A stretch of DNA of 64,000 bases, from positions 64,108,001 through 64,172,000 of the forward strand of contig OZ024745.1 in assembly GCA_964016885.1 (NCBI GenBank). Reading direction: 5' to 3'. Made by a program: the position numbers and the translations under genes. Below are positions 25,658 through 39,286 of the stretch, one piece after another. The notes beneath the pieces were generated by a model that was not told the DNA's origin, searched no databases, and worked only from the letters and a program-made list of their open reading frames with translations. The first letter of the stretch is position 1. Every line of letters begins with the position of its first letter. Source of the DNA: Eledone cirrhosa (taxonomy: Eukaryota).

Positions 25658-25771
25658 ATGACAACCAGTCCAACTGGTATTCCTGGTTCAATTCACCTGA
25701 AATGGAATCCCAGGAATTTAGATATTCGAACAAAGTCAGTGGAAAAGACACTTGAACCTTTAGTTACCCAG
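25658..25771 (+). CDS. CTNNA: alpha-catenin coding exon 1 (exon starts 25635)
   Basis: ttttcag acceptor; MTTSPTGIPGSIHLKWNPRNLDIRTKSVEKTLEPLVTQ; CAG|gtaaaa; phase 0. Confidence 0.96.
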
Positions 25772-26872
25772 GTAAAAAAAAAAAAAACAATAATATTAAT
25801 ATTATTCTTTTTTATGTTTTGTCTTTTCATGTTGACTGTAAAATTCCCTGTTAAAAAAAAAAAAAAAAAAAATTCCACTGTGGATCTTAGCCAGCCAGCC
25901 AGACAGCCTGTCATACAGTTAGATTTCAGTTATCTCAATCTTTCCTCTCTCCCTCTATTTCAGATCTGTTAATTATCTTCACATCAGCCTGCAACACTTG
26001 TTTATCTAATCTTATAAACCATTCTCACATTTCATCACCATTTCTGTTGTATTCTGTAAGCAAATAAGATTTGCTATTTTATTTCTCTTTCATCATCATC
26101 ATAATTTAACTTTGGTTTTTCTATGCTGGCATGGCTTATGTATCTTTATTTATGTATTCTTTGTGGTGGAGATCCCACCCCTACCTGTTTCTTTTTTGCT
26201 TTTTTTAAAAGTATATATATATATATATCATCATAATCATCATATATCCTTTTTCCCTGCTAGCAAGTGTTGGCTAAGTTGTTACAGAACTCATCAGAAC
26301 TTAATCTTAGCTACTGACCTCTCAGTTGTGCAGGGCAGCATCTTATTTCCATACATTCCTGCCCTCTTCAGTGTGTATTGGGTGTATATTATTGTGGCAC
26401 AAGTACTAAGGCAACGAAAAAAATATCAGTCCACTACTTTAAAAAAAGTGACAGTGAGCCTGATTTGTAGGGGGTACAGTAATGGTGAGAATTGTAAGGC
26501 ATAATGTTGAATGGTGGGCATGAATGCGACGGGTTACATTCTCATATTTATAGTGTAGGCGAGTTTTCTGGTACTGCATGCTGCCAGTGGTTATGGCCCT
26601 TCATTATCTCTGTTGTGAGATTTGGTTTCCTAAAGTTGATTTTCATTAGTTCACATGTCTTTCTAGGTCTACCTGCTCTACACGTTCCATTTACTGAGAT
26701 TTTTCTGCATTCTTTGTAAAGCTGTTATCTTCCATAAGTACAGAAAAGGCAAACCTTGTAGCAGATGCACAGGGATAATTAGTAGTAAGAGCATCGGTAG
26801 AATAAACATTTCCCAATGCCAAGAAGGCTCCATAGAAATGGATGATAGCTTCTGCTACCTAGGTGATCACAT

Positions 26873-26911
<39 letters not shown>

Positions 26912-27869
26912 ATGTTCATACAGAATTGTTTTTGGCTTTCTATGGCTGGATGTCCTTCCTAACGGCAACCATATTTACGTGGACTGGCTGTTTTTTATTG
27001 TGGCACCAAAATGACCAACTGAAGGTGCTTTTTGTCCTCTCACCAATACGACCACATTACAAGGTAGACTAGGTGCTTTTTGTCATGTCACCAAATTTTT
27101 GAAAGTGGAATGAACTGAAAAAGGCATAAATGAAAAAAGAAATTATATTAGTGAATTGTATTCTCAAAGTAATTTCTTAATTTACCTCTTATATTTTCTA
27201 ATTGTCTCAAAGTAATATTAATCGTACAATAGGCTTGTACTTTTTTTTGAATTTTGTCCATAAACACTATTGTCAAAGTTTTATGCAGTACGATGATGAT
27301 GAAAGCTATCTTTTTTCTTGTATAAAATATGTCATTTGAAAGTTTATCAATAAACCACACATCACTTTATACAGTACTGCAAGGAATCATACTCCCTCAA
27401 AGACTTATTTATAGCTAACATGAATGGGTCATAGAAAGTTAAGTGTCTTTTTCCGGAACACAAACCTTACTAGCATGACGTATGACTCGTTAACCAACTT
27501 TCAACCAATTGGCCAAGAATTTAAGGTCTGTTTCTCTGACTGAGTGTTTGTGCACATCAACATTAGTGGTGACAAATGAAAGACCAATAGATACCCCATA
27601 CCAACAGGTCTCAAACTTGTGAATAGTAAACCTTTCTAATATGTTCAAAATAAGAACTTTTGTTGTTGTTTTTTTATTTTGTTCAAATGTTTGTGAAGAA
27701 TATTTTGAATTGCTTACTTTCCTTCAGCTTATGTAACATTACTGTTGAATATGTTGTTTAATTAATTTTTAGTCAGTAAACATAGATTTGATCTTTGAAA
27801 TATATTTTCTATTTATTTAAACTCTTAAAATGTAGAATGTTAATGGCTTCTAATTTATTTTTGGTTTAG

Positions 27870-28059
27870 GTCACAACACTGGTGAGTCAGAATGGTCCAG
27901 TCAAAAAGAAGAAAGGACATTCAAAAAAAGCCCACGTTCTTAGTGCTACGGTACAGAAAGCTACAGAAAACTTTATTGAACGTGGTCAAGAGATCGCAGA
28001 AGAAAATCCTGAGATTCGAGAAGACATGTTGCTTGCTGTAGAAGATGTCCGCAAAATTG
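27870..28059 (+). CDS. CTNNA: alpha-catenin coding exon 2
   Basis: tttag|VTTLVSQNGPVKKKKGHSKKAHVLSATVQKATENFIERGQEIAEENPEIREDMLLAVEDVRKI-G|gtatgt; 190 nt, ends phase 1. Confidence 0.96.
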
Positions 28060-28987
28060 GTATGTTGTTTTCAAAAGCTATTATATCAGTTTGGTTCATA
28101 TAATAGCTTAACTATTTCTCTTGCCTTCTTTTTTTTTCTCTCTGAAGGAATTTACATTGATGTGGGTATGAATAAATTTTTCAGATTTGCTGTAAATTCA
28201 TTATCTGTGATGTTATTACCTGTTAATTTCATCACTAGGTAATTATATAGTGAGTCAGTACATCAGTCATTTAATCGTCATGCTAAATGAATTGTCAGTA
28301 AATTTATCAGGTTTCTTTTTATATGCAGAGTAAATCTATCACCAAACATTCAAAATTTTATTCACAGTGTCACATTTTAACAAAGAAAACCCAAATTCAG
28401 ACAAAAATTCTATCCAATGATTTGCAATTTTTAGAAATCTTGAAAAACAAAGAAGTTATAATCAAACAGTACATTTCCAGTGCAGAATTTCTATAATGTA
28501 AAAAACAAATATAGAAATAGTGTAGAGAGAATTTAACTTATCATCAGTGGATATCAATAGTGAAATCATCATCGTTGTTTTTATATACAGTTCCTAAATA
28601 GAAATAGATGTGATGATCATGACTGAAATGCTTCTGATTATAATTCTAGTTGATCTCAGGGATATGAGATGAGTAAGCAAAAACAAAATACAACAGTTAC
28701 ATTTGCAGCCAAATATTCCAAATATACAAGATTTGTATTGATATTAAACATTTTAACTATTTCTTCTGTATCTAATTTGATACTTTTCAGAATTGCCATC
28801 TACTGCAATGTCTGAATTGATATAGTAATTGCAGCATATTTACTTTGTGGGATATTAATTACTCATGTCTTCTATTAGTACTTGAATGACAAGGCAAATT
28901 GCTAGGTTTAAATCATGGTTTTATTTCTTTAGTCCCATGTCTTATTTCCTATTAACAGTGGTTTTACTATTATTATTTCCATTCTAG

Positions 28988-29154
28988 GTGATGAAATGGG
29001 AAGAGCCTCTCAAGAATTTGCAAATGATCCATGTTCTTCTGCCAAAAGAAGTGCTATGGTTTTAGCAGCAAGAGGACTTCTCTCAGCAGTGACTCGTCTT
29101 CTAATCTTAGCAGATATGTCTGATGTGAATCATCTTCTGAAGACTTTACATCAT
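28988..29154 (+). CDS. CTNNA: alpha-catenin coding exon 3
   Basis: ctag|GDEMGRASQEFANDPCSSAKRSAMVLAARGLLSAVTRLLILADMSDVNHLLKTLHH|gtaagt; 167 nt; not in the ORF track. Confidence 0.96.
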
Positions 29155-30642
29155 GTAAGTTTAAATTTCTAACCAAATTATTTCCACAAAGAAGTGGTAA
29201 GGTGTGATCTCAGAATGCTGAAACTTTCAAAGGAAATGATAAAGGACTGTGACAAATGGCAAGAGGTTTTCTTGAAAGAGACCTATCCAACTCATGCTAA
29301 TATAGAAAAGTGAATGTATAATTACGACTATACATAATATTAAAATCTGATAGCTGCCTTTGTCTCTAAGATGTTATTAATTGATAGTCATTTAATTAGG
29401 TTTTAGCATGTTAAGAGAAGAAATTTGTATAGGTATTATAGCTTATTCTTATTCATTAGTCAAATCATGTAGATTTATGAAGTTGAACATTATCCTATTG
29501 TAGATTAAAAACAAATATTCTTCTCTGGAATGGTAATCTATCAAAGATTTTATTCCCAAGAATTTCTATGGTTTTGGCATAAAATATCTAATCAAGATAA
29601 TGCCAATTGTTCCAGACAACATCATCATCATTTTACATCTATTTTCCATGCTTGCAAGGATTGGACAGGTTGTCCTGTTCTGAAGCAAGACTGATCAGAT
29701 GACTGTGTCTCACTTGTATGTTCTGTTTTGGCATAGTTTCTACAGCTGGATGCCTTTACTAATGACACTCACTTCATGGCATGTACTGGGTGTATTTCAT
29801 CATGGTGCAATTATCTTGTTTATCCAGGTTTGTAGAATAGGTTTACCATTTCGTTATATGCCATAAGAGATTACTAAAATGGACGATATCAAAAAGGGTT
29901 TCTAGCTGCAGAACACTGTCTCAAAAAGTCCAACACAACCATGCCAGCATGCATAGGTAGTCATACAAAGATGTTAGCTCCTGGTCAGCCCTGAATTAAC
30001 AGACCTGTGATCAGTGATCTAGCTGTGACCATTCAATTTTTTTCCCTTGGAATATTACAACCATTTCCACAGTATCCAGTGTCATTTTTAGTAGGATGTA
30101 ATTAGAGGGAGATATTGTTATTTTTAGTGGTTTGACTGACCACTGTTCAGTGGCTCACATTTTCTTTTCGTTGTTCATGAAAGAAAGAAGGGTTAAGTTA
30201 ATTGGTCTAAAATTTCAACTGCACTGATGAATAGAAACTGATAGAGGATAAAAATACCTCTTCAGTGCTGTTGCAGATAGCCTCTCTCGTGATGTTTGCA
30301 TTTTAAAATTCACCCAGCCCATGGTGTAAAGTGGTTGGTCATTGAAAAATAATCTAACTATAAAAATAAACATTGTATTTGCCAGATGATGAAAGATTTT
30401 GATGAACAGTGTGATGCTGTGAGACTTGTTCAATCCATACCAACATGTAAAAAATAAAAGATGGATGTTAAAGGATGAAATATTGTTTGCTCTACTTCAT
30501 GGTGGAATAGTATCAATTATTTAGCCAAATCTCACTCAAGTTATCTCCCCTATATGTTTATAGGAATGGTTTCATCAGAAGCTTAAAGCTACGAATATTC
30601 TTTAATATGTGTGCCTTATTGTTTGTCTTATTTTTACTCCAG

Positions 30643-30762
30643 GTTGAAAATGATTTGGATCGTATAAAGAACGCTAGCAGTCAACAAGAACTGTTAGCAA
30701 GCTTTGATGACTTTGGGAAAAGTGTTCAGCAGTTGTCAGATAGAGCAGCTAAAAGACAAGCT
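30643..30762 (+). CDS. CTNNA: alpha-catenin coding exon 4
   Basis: ccag|VENDLDRIKNASSQQELLASFDDFGKSVQQLSDRAAKRQA|gtaagt; 120 nt. Confidence 0.95.
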
Positions 30763-31151
30763 GTAAGTATATCCATCTTATACACCAAAATCTTTGTCTT
30801 TGACCCTCTGATCTGCTTATATCGTATATCCAGCTTGATTTCGCTGTATACCATGGTATATATTTTAAGGTTAAGCAAAGTTAATATTTAGTGAGTTAGC
30901 TAATATATATAATATATATTTGTTATAATATTTTCAATATATTACTGGCTCATACCTATTGAGCCTGGGGAACTAAAAAAGAAAATTTAATCTTTGAAAA
31001 AATTGAACTTTGAATATGCGCTAACCTAAATATTTTCAGTCAATTCCTTAAACAACTAATGAAATTAGTTAACCACAACCCTAGTATTAAGACCCCAACA
31101 TCCTAAAATCATATTCTTTAGCAATAATGTTATTTGTTTATATTCTTTAAG

Positions 31152-31241
31152 GATTTAAAAGACCCACGCCGAAGAGATGACTTGGCTGCGGCACGTGCTG
31201 TGCTGAAGAAGAACAGTATGATGCTTTTGACCACATCAAAG
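31152..31241 (+). CDS. CTNNA: alpha-catenin coding exon 5
   Basis: taag|DLKDPRRRDDLAAARAVLKKNSMMLLTTSK|gtaata; 90 nt. Confidence 0.95.
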
Positions 31242-31389
31242 GTAATAATTTATGAATTTTGTATTATAACATGTGAAGCTTGACTGTACTTACTTAGTTA
31301 GTTAGTCACCATGATGTAAGACTTACTTATGGCTGGTTGGTTGCTTAGTTAGTCACTATGATGCTGGCTGGTTGGTTTTTACCATGATG

Positions 31390-31975
31390 TGAGGCTTCCT
31401 TACGGCTGGATGGTTAGTCTCTGTGGTATGAGGCTTACCTACGGCTGGTTAGTTAGTCTCTGTGGTATGAGGCTTACCAACTGCTGGTTAGTTAGTCTCT
31501 GTGGTATGAGGCTTGCTTACGGCTGGTTGGTTAGTCTCTGTGGTATGAGGCTTACCTACGGCTGGTTAGTTAGTCTCTATGGTACGAGGCTTGCCTGCGG
31601 CTGGTTGGTTAGTCTCTGTGGTACGAGGCTTACCTACGGCTGGTTAGTTAGTCTCTGTGGTACGAGGCTTACCTACGCTGGTTAGTTAGTCTCTGTGGTA
31701 CAAGGCTTACCTACGGCTGGTTGTTTAGTCTCTGTGGTACAAGGCTTACCTACGGCTGGTTGTTTAGTCTCTGTGGTACAAGGCTTACCTACGGCTGGTT
31801 GTTTAGTCTCTGTGGTACAAGGCTTACCTACGGCTGGTTGTTTAGTCTCTGTGGTACAAGGCTTACCTACGGCTGGTTAGTTAGTCTCTGGTACGAGGCT
31901 TACCTACGGCTGGCTGGTTCGTTAGTCTCTGTGGTATGAGGCTTGCCTACGGCTGGTTGGTTAGTATCTGCGGGG
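31390..31975. repeat. 39-bp minisatellite (about 15 units) with decayed flanking units (about 31290-32350)
   Basis: Unit AGTCTCTGTGGTAYRAGGCTTACCTACGGCTGGTT(AG/GT)TT. Confidence 0.95.
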
Positions 31976-33367
31976 CAAGATTTGCCTATGTCTTTTTTGA
32001 TTGGTTAATGTGATGTAAGGGTTTCTGTGCTTTTCTTTTACCTCATTGATGTGTAACTGTGCTGTGCAATGAAGCTTACCTAACAAATGAGTTTGTAGAT
32101 GCACTCTGAGGTTTACCTATAGTTTATTTGAAGCTATGTTGGGAGAATTGCTGTTTGAATTAGTATGTGGCTGTTCTATGACATGTCCAAAGGGTTAGTG
32201 TATAGTTGTGCTGCAATGAGGATTGCCTATCAAATTACTATGTGGCTATGCTAAGAGGTATTAGTATGTAGTTGTGTTGCTATGCTGTGAGGTAATATTG
32301 GTTTTTATTTGTGCTATGAGGTTTTCTTTTAGTTAGTTTGTACTGTACTGTGTTGTAAGGAACTTGGCAGATGGTAATTGCTTGTTGTTGGGATTCCTAT
32401 GTTTAAATATTCCAACATAATGTGCAAATGTCTTAGAATTGCTTTCATCACATCCGATAAGATGATCCTATGTTACAATACTATGAATCCAATTTTGTTG
32501 GGAAAAGGCTTATAGGCCACTGGTGTCGTCATCATCATCTAATGTCCATTTCTTCTTGCTTGCAAGAAGTGTTTTATTAAATTTGTTTTACTTAATGCCT
32601 AAACAATGTAAGTCAAAGTAATTTGCAAAAGAAGTAAATACTTTGTAGCAAATCTGGTCATCTCCTATGCCATCAAAACTGGCTCAACCCAACCTTTCAA
32701 CACATGACAGCATGTGATTTTATTCTTAGGTGATTTAATAGCTCTCATTAAACAGAAAGCTGTTGAATTATAGTTCAATAAAACTCACCCATGCTTTCTC
32801 ACTTACTCATTCACATAAGCAAAGTCTAAGATGAGTATGCTCTAACATAGGGCTGAGGAATCCTTTGCTCCTGGGTGAAATTTTTTCTCTATTTAAATTC
32901 AAAATTACCATTTGATGAGACATTTAAAAACTCAGAAAGTTTTGAGTTTCATCATCATCATTTAACGCACAATTTCCCTGCTAGCAGGCGCTTATCTGGC
33001 AAGTGGGAGATATGGGGTTCAATTCCTCATAGCAGCTGATGGCATCTTCTTTTTCCATCTTTAAGGTTCTTCACCCTATTTTATAGCATCACCATGCATT
33101 TTGAAGACAATTGTGATTTGAGGGAAATTTGACAGCTATTTTTAGCAGATCAGTTGACCATATAAAGAATTGGTTGAGAAGAAGTTAAAACTGAATGTCA
33201 GTAGGGTGAGAAAAAGTATGAATTATCTTTTAAAAAAAATAACTCAAAGACTTTAGTACTGTAGATGTTAGTAGATTTTGTATTGTCAGCTACTGTTGTC
33301 AAAATATGTCAAAATATTACAATAACCCCTCATGTAAATATACATGTCTTTTATCTGTATATTTCAG

Positions 33368-33541
33368 GCGTATGTGCGACATCCGGAACTTTCTGCAGCC
33401 CGGGAGAATCGTGATTTCGCCTGTAAACAAATGTGTGATGCAGTAAATTTAATTTCCGATGTAGCACAGGCAGCTGGTGTTTCTGATGTCCACCCTTATG
33501 AACACCAGGGAGAACTAGCTGCTGCCCTTGATGAATTAGAT
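33368..33541 (+). CDS. CTNNA: alpha-catenin coding exon 6
   Basis: ttcag|AYVRHPELSAARENRDFACKQMCDAVNLISDVAQAAGVSDVHPYEHQGELAAALDELD|gtaagt; 174 nt. Confidence 0.96.
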
Positions 33542-33579
33542 GTAAGTATTCCACAAATCCTCTTTTTTGTGTCTCTCTT

Positions 33580-33824
33580 TATCGATTGAAAAGATCCCAA
33601 ACCTCATTCGCTTACTAAGTGGGGTGGAACTTGTCAAAGTGAACCAAGGAGACACTGTTTCCATTGGTCTTTCTATTGGTGATATTATCTGCCGGTCACA
33701 TCTGGCAGAAACAACGTGAAATAGTGTCTTGCTCAAGGACATAACACATCACCGGGTCTGGGAATCGAACTTGTAACCTCACGATTGTGAATTCATTTCT
33801 CTACCCAGTAAGCCATGCGCCTTC
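33580..33824 (-). mobile_element. tRNA-derived CORE-like SINE (family A head, different tail)
   Basis: Reverse complement: ggcgcatggcttactgggtagag..gttcgattcccagacc..gtccttgagcaagacact. Confidence 0.7.
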
Positions 33825-34042
33825 ACTTTATGTGTTCAGCAATTGTTTAACACAAGTCCACAACTCTACAATGTACATGGAATGGGCGATATCTCTGCAG
33901 GACGGTTTTATCCATCAACAACAATAATCTTTTTGGTCATTCTTTTCTAAATTAGTAATCATTATCTCTGTTTAACGTCCATTTTTTTTCCATGTTGGCA
34001 TAAATTCTTAGTTGTGATCTAATTACATTTTCTACCTTTCAG

Positions 34043-34246
34043 CAAAAACTCATAATGGATCCTCTGGCCTATAATGAAGTTCACAGCCGGCCATCTCTGG
34101 AAGAACGTTTGGAGAGTATTGTTAGTGGTGCAGCCATCTTAGCAGATTCTTCTTGCACCCGGAATGATCGACGTGACAAGATCATACAAGAGTGCAATGC
34201 AGTCCGAGAGGCATTACAAGATTTGCTCACAGAATATATGGAAAAT
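34043..34246 (+). CDS. CTNNA: alpha-catenin coding exon 7 (M1, vinculin-binding region)
   Basis: ttcag|QKLIMDPLAYNEVHSRPSLEERLESIVSGAAILADSSCTRNDRRDKIIQECNAVREALQDLLTEYMEN|gtaaga; 204 nt. Confidence 0.97.
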
Positions 34247-35223
34247 GTAAGAAATTTGATTTTTTTTTTCCCCTACATTTTCATGTTTTTCATTGAAACT
34301 TTGCAAATAAAGAAACTGGATTTTCTGGTACCGAAAGAGTCAGAGATTTGGCTGCTACTAAACATAATGAAGCAGGACGGATCCTCTGTACCCTTGATAT
34401 CAGTGTAATCTTACACATACAAGAATATGGGATGGTGTGGTCTGCTTTATGAGGGTTGACCTGGGATAAACAACTAGGTTTGATACCCGAATTCACAAAT
34501 TAACGGTGGTTAAAGGCAGTTCCCAGGTCAATACTAAAAATGTCCAAATATTATTCTCTCCTCTTTGTGAAAATGTGTGGCCTAATGATTAGGTTGTTAA
34601 ACTCCTGCTCATAAGGTTTTGGGTTGATTTACTCTACCAGGTGGTGTGTTATGTCCTTCAGCATTTCACGTTACTATAAAGTGGTAGTGCTGATGGCACG
34701 ATGATATATGCCCAAATCATGCTGTAAAAGATTATCAGCATTTAATGTCTATTTGCTTGCATAAGTTAAATGGGTTGTCACATTCTGAGATTAGACCATG
34801 GGTATCTGATCTCTCTAACCTTAGAACATGATGATTTATCCAACCAATGCCAGCTTGGACAAGTAGACATAAAATGGTCTTTTACTTTAATCTGATTTGA
34901 AATATTTATGAAGGCATTCTAGTCTTTTATTTTTCTGGTACCTATAAATTAAAGCACCAGTGAAGTACTAGGTTGATTTATAGTCATATAATGCATCCTA
35001 GATGTGAATGAAATTCTTACAGGGAAAAAATATCTATAATAAATAGTTCCATTTTCACCCAAACTTCATGAGTTACAAAAAAAAAAAAAAAAATAAAACC
35101 ATTGTCTGTGATCATTGTTTTTTTTTTTTTTTTGTGTGTTTTTTTATGTTGAATATTATATCATTTTCTCCTTTGCCCCCACCTTTTTTGTGTTGATGTT
35201 TGTCAACTTTTTGTTCTAAACAG

Positions 35224-35259
35224 TGTCGTGGCAAGAACAAACTTCATTCAAAAAATCAG
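35224..35259 (+). CDS. CTNNA: Candidate alternative 36-nt microexon of alpha-catenin (CRGKNKLHSKNQ)
   Basis: About 150-nt AG-free pyrimidine-rich tract, aaacag| acceptor, CAG|gtaatc donor, phase 0-0 like the flanking exons, no stop. Confidence 0.6.
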
Positions 35260-36011
35260 GTAATCTTACTTAGAACACTTCTAAAATGTTTTTAGAAGTT
35301 TCTAGTATATGCTATTGTTTTATAAACATGAAACAACAGCCAAGCTACATTGGTTTCTGGTAGGGTCTAATATATTTAATATAGTGAGTTAAAAATCTTT
35401 GCATAACTGGGGATATCCATGCTATTATTAGACAAAAACTCATTCCAGGGATTTTTAATTTCTAAAAACAAATCTTGAAAAGGAGAAAAATCCAATGAAA
35501 TCAATTGAAATTTTGGAAAGTCTAGAAAATGGATGGAAGTAGATCTGGTTTTCAAAGTCAACTGGTGAATTCAGATGTATTGTTTTATTAGGCCTCATGG
35601 ACTAAGTATACTCTAGTCAGTAGGTCAGACAAAGAGTGACCAATATAAATATATACCTCATCATATGTCCACTTTTCCATGCTGGCACAGGTTTGATGAG
35701 CCTTACAGACCAAAATACCATATCAGAGTTACTGTCTTGCAGAGGTCAGGGCAACATGTCTTGCTTAATATATTCCGCTTTAGCATCATTTTTATGAATG
35801 GATATCCTTCCTAATGCCTACCACTTTATAGAGTTTATTGGGTGCATTTTAGCATGATGTTAGACATATGACAACCTCTCTAGTGCTGTTGCCATGATAA
35901 AATACATCAAATAGACTCTGCAGAAGTGATACAGCAGGGACATGAACTCTTCAATAAAGTGTAGCATTGGTGCCACGATAAAATGTTTTCAGACTCAGTA
36001 AAATGTTTGGT

Positions 36012-36045
<34 letters not shown>

Positions 36046-37494
36046 AAATGTGCGAAAAGTCCACAAGAAAATACAATAAAGGAGAACAATCCAGTACATG
36101 ATATGTATATATAATGTAGTGGTGCTGAATTAGAATTTTAGAATATGATTTGATGAAATCTCATAATATTAAAATATATCTGTTACTTACACCAGTTGAC
36201 TTAGAGAGCACAGATCCACTTCTATACTGCATTTTCTTTATTTTCCAACTTTACAATAAAATTAGATATATTGGAATTGTCTCCCTTGCTCGTTTTAGAT
36301 TTTATATACCCTTAGAATGAAAGATTTCTTTTTGGCTACTAAATTACATGGATAAACTGGGTTAACCAGATGTTCAACTCATTATATTAAATGTGAGAGA
36401 TTTTTACTGTATTTAGTATGCAGAACATTCTCTTGGGGTATTTTCCCTCAGTGATAGTTTGTGTATTCTTTTAACCTACTTGTAGTTTATGCATGAATTA
36501 ACTTGCATTCTCTTCATATTTTTGTACAGTTTTTACTTACGTATTCAGAGTTGTTTTCTAATCTTGTTATTGCCCAGTTTTCAGGAATCTAACAATTTAT
36601 TATTCAATATGATTAATTCTTCTTCGAGGTTTTAACATGCATTATGAAGGCAAAAATAACAAATACTAGTAATAATAAATGAAAACAAATTTCTGATTGT
36701 TATTCCTTATGTGAGTTTTAGCTGAATATTTCTATCTAGTTTATAAGCTAGAGACATTAAAATCAATTTTCCCTATTTTCGCTAGTTGAGGAGGATATTT
36801 TTTTAGCAAATTCACAGAGTTGTCGACTTTACTAAATGAATATTTCCCACCCTTTCTATTAATTCAGTGGTAAAGAATGGAATCGTTTGTATTATGATTG
36901 ATTAGCTGAGGACATACAGAGTTATGTACCTTAGTCAGGGTTTTTATTACAATTGGTGTAGAAATTGTTACAAAGGCTCCCTGCAGTTAAGTGTTTCATA
37001 AGTTATTTTAGCATAATAATATGTAAATTGATCCACTTATGGCATTGTCATCCTCATGATTATAGCAATGCTAAATATTTATGCCAATATTTTGGATGTA
37101 AGTTGAAGCAAACTAATATAACTTAATTAATTTAGTTGGTTTTATTCTTTTAACTGGTTTCAGTCCTTCAACTGCATTGTGGGGCATTGCCATGAAGGGA
37201 TTGTGTTGATTACATAGAAATCAATATTTTGGTATTTTATTTATAGACAGAGGATGACAAAAGGCAGAGTGGATGGCGTATAAAGGGAAGAGTTTACAAT
37301 TGGTGGAAAATAGTAATTGCGTGTAATATCGTAATTTTCTCTATCATATATATATTGCTGGCATTATAACTGGATGGTAATACATGACCATCGATATATC
37401 CCCATGATTGCATATCTATATCTTTGATTGTATGAGCATCTCATGAAGTCACATGCATAACTATGTAACAGAAATATATATATATCATGCACAT

Positions 37495-37833
37495 GGCTTA
37501 GTGGTTAGAGCATTGGCCTTGCAATTGAAAGGTTGCGAGTTCAATTCTCAGACCGGGTGATGTGTTGTTTCCTTGAGCAAGACACTTTATTTCACATTGC
37601 TCCAGTTTACTCAGCTGTAGAAATGAGATGATAGGACTGGGGTCCATATCATTCCACTGCAAAGTAGTCGTGGAGGTGCCACGGCAAAAAAGCACCCAGC
37701 ACTCACTGTAAATGAGGTTGGTGTTAGGAAGGGCATCCAGCTGTAGAAATCAAGCCAGCATCAGTTCCCGTCCCACTCTTGCAAGCAGGGAAAAAGTGGA
37801 CGTAAAATGAAATGATGATGATGATGATGATGA
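37495..37833 (+). mobile_element. Composite SINE: tRNA head + CORE-like block + GGTGC..GCACC hairpin + (GAT)n tail
   Basis: tggcttagtggttagagc..gagttcaattctc..ccttgagcaagacact..ggtgccacggcaaaaaagcacc..ggcatccagctgtagaa..gatgatgat. Confidence 0.75.
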
Positions 37834-38005
37834 AAGCAATTATGGTAAAGTAACTCCATCTTAACCACTCCTAGATAGATAGATACCTTCTGTGTCCTAT
37901 TAGTTCTGCTCTAGATATATTCTCTATACAAATAGAGTGAGAAATTTTGTTGACTGTTCGATGAAAATGTATCTTTCAGAGTGAATAAGCTTTGATGTTC
38001 CTTAA

Positions 38006-38213
38006 CTCTTTAGCATTTAAACTGGCTCTATCCGGCCAGAATTCTCTCACCTCTTTCTGTTCAAACCAGCCGCTCATACTGATGTTAAGGTATTGTTCTC
38101 AAAATAAATATCAAAATCTCATAGATTTGATATTATGCGAGATAATTATGCAAGGTAAAGCCTTTACCATGAAAATATAATAGTAAATATAGAATAATGT
38201 GAATGCTAAAGGG
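38006..38213. mobile_element. piggyBac-like MITE
   Basis: TTAA TSDs at 38002-38005 and 38214-38217; TIR C(T)CTTTAGCATT / AATGCTAAAGGG; homologous to 14484-14695. Confidence 0.8.
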
Positions 38214-39286
38214 TTAATATTAGGTATTTACTGCCTTATAGTATTGTTTCAATACACTGATTTAAAAATCATTGTGAGGATGAATATTCCCTTTGTCTTT
38301 TCTGAAATACCAGTTACATCTTGGGATTGATTTAAATTAACTATAACTATATTGTACCTTGTATGAAATAATTGGCCTGGTGTTGTATAATATCAGCATG
38401 TTTAGCTTTAGTTTACAGCTTTGTTTATGTTTTCAGAATGATATTTGGATGCTACTACTAAGATGTAGATTTTTGCACATATCTACCCAACAAACAATTT
38501 GACAAATTTAACTTCTAGTGTATGGCTTTAACGATTTTACTTTATACCAGAAATTAAATGTCTTGGAGTAATGGAGCTGGACAATTTAAATTTTTAAAAA
38601 TCTATTGCTTGTTTATAAAGTATTTCTTGTCTTTATGCTTAATAATTTATGATAGTACTTCTGAAACAATTGACTTGTCTATTTTGTGGTTTGCTGAGAG
38701 CAAGCTGCTAAATATGTATTTTTATAGAGAATTTTACTATTTTATGTATGTTCCTTATTGTTTTTGTTTCATCTATTTTTTTTACATTTTATATCACTTT
38801 TTAAGTTTGTAACATTTATTTATGTATTTTATGTGTGTGAAAATATTGTTCTTCAGTCTAACCATAGTCAACATTGATAGGACATATTGACTACCACAAA
38901 GGTAGTCAATGAGACTGTTAAAAGCAACCCACAACTCCCACATCTTACATTTCCAATTTGTTTATTTTTGTTGAATTTCACTGTTTCCCAGTTATATGAT
39001 CCAGAAACCAAGTCTACTGTACAGCATTTTGGGGGTTTTCCATCCTAAACTCAAATTGACTCAAGTAATGCGAGTGAAACTAGGTGGAAGGAAACCATGG
39101 AAACCCTGAGAGACAGTAGCTGAAATTTAAAGAAGTAGTCACACAGTGATACACTGATTTTGCAGCCAATCTATAGCTCTCTTCTAGCATTACACCCACT
39201 TATTGATGTCCCATCACATTACCCATATTCATACTGTCAATATTCATACCTTTACTTCTGACACAAAGAGATAGATTTGTACACTA

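Noticed and set aside
31389-31939. Repetitive ORFs (CGMRLTYGWLVSL)n
   Set aside because: Translation of the 39-bp minisatellite inside an intron
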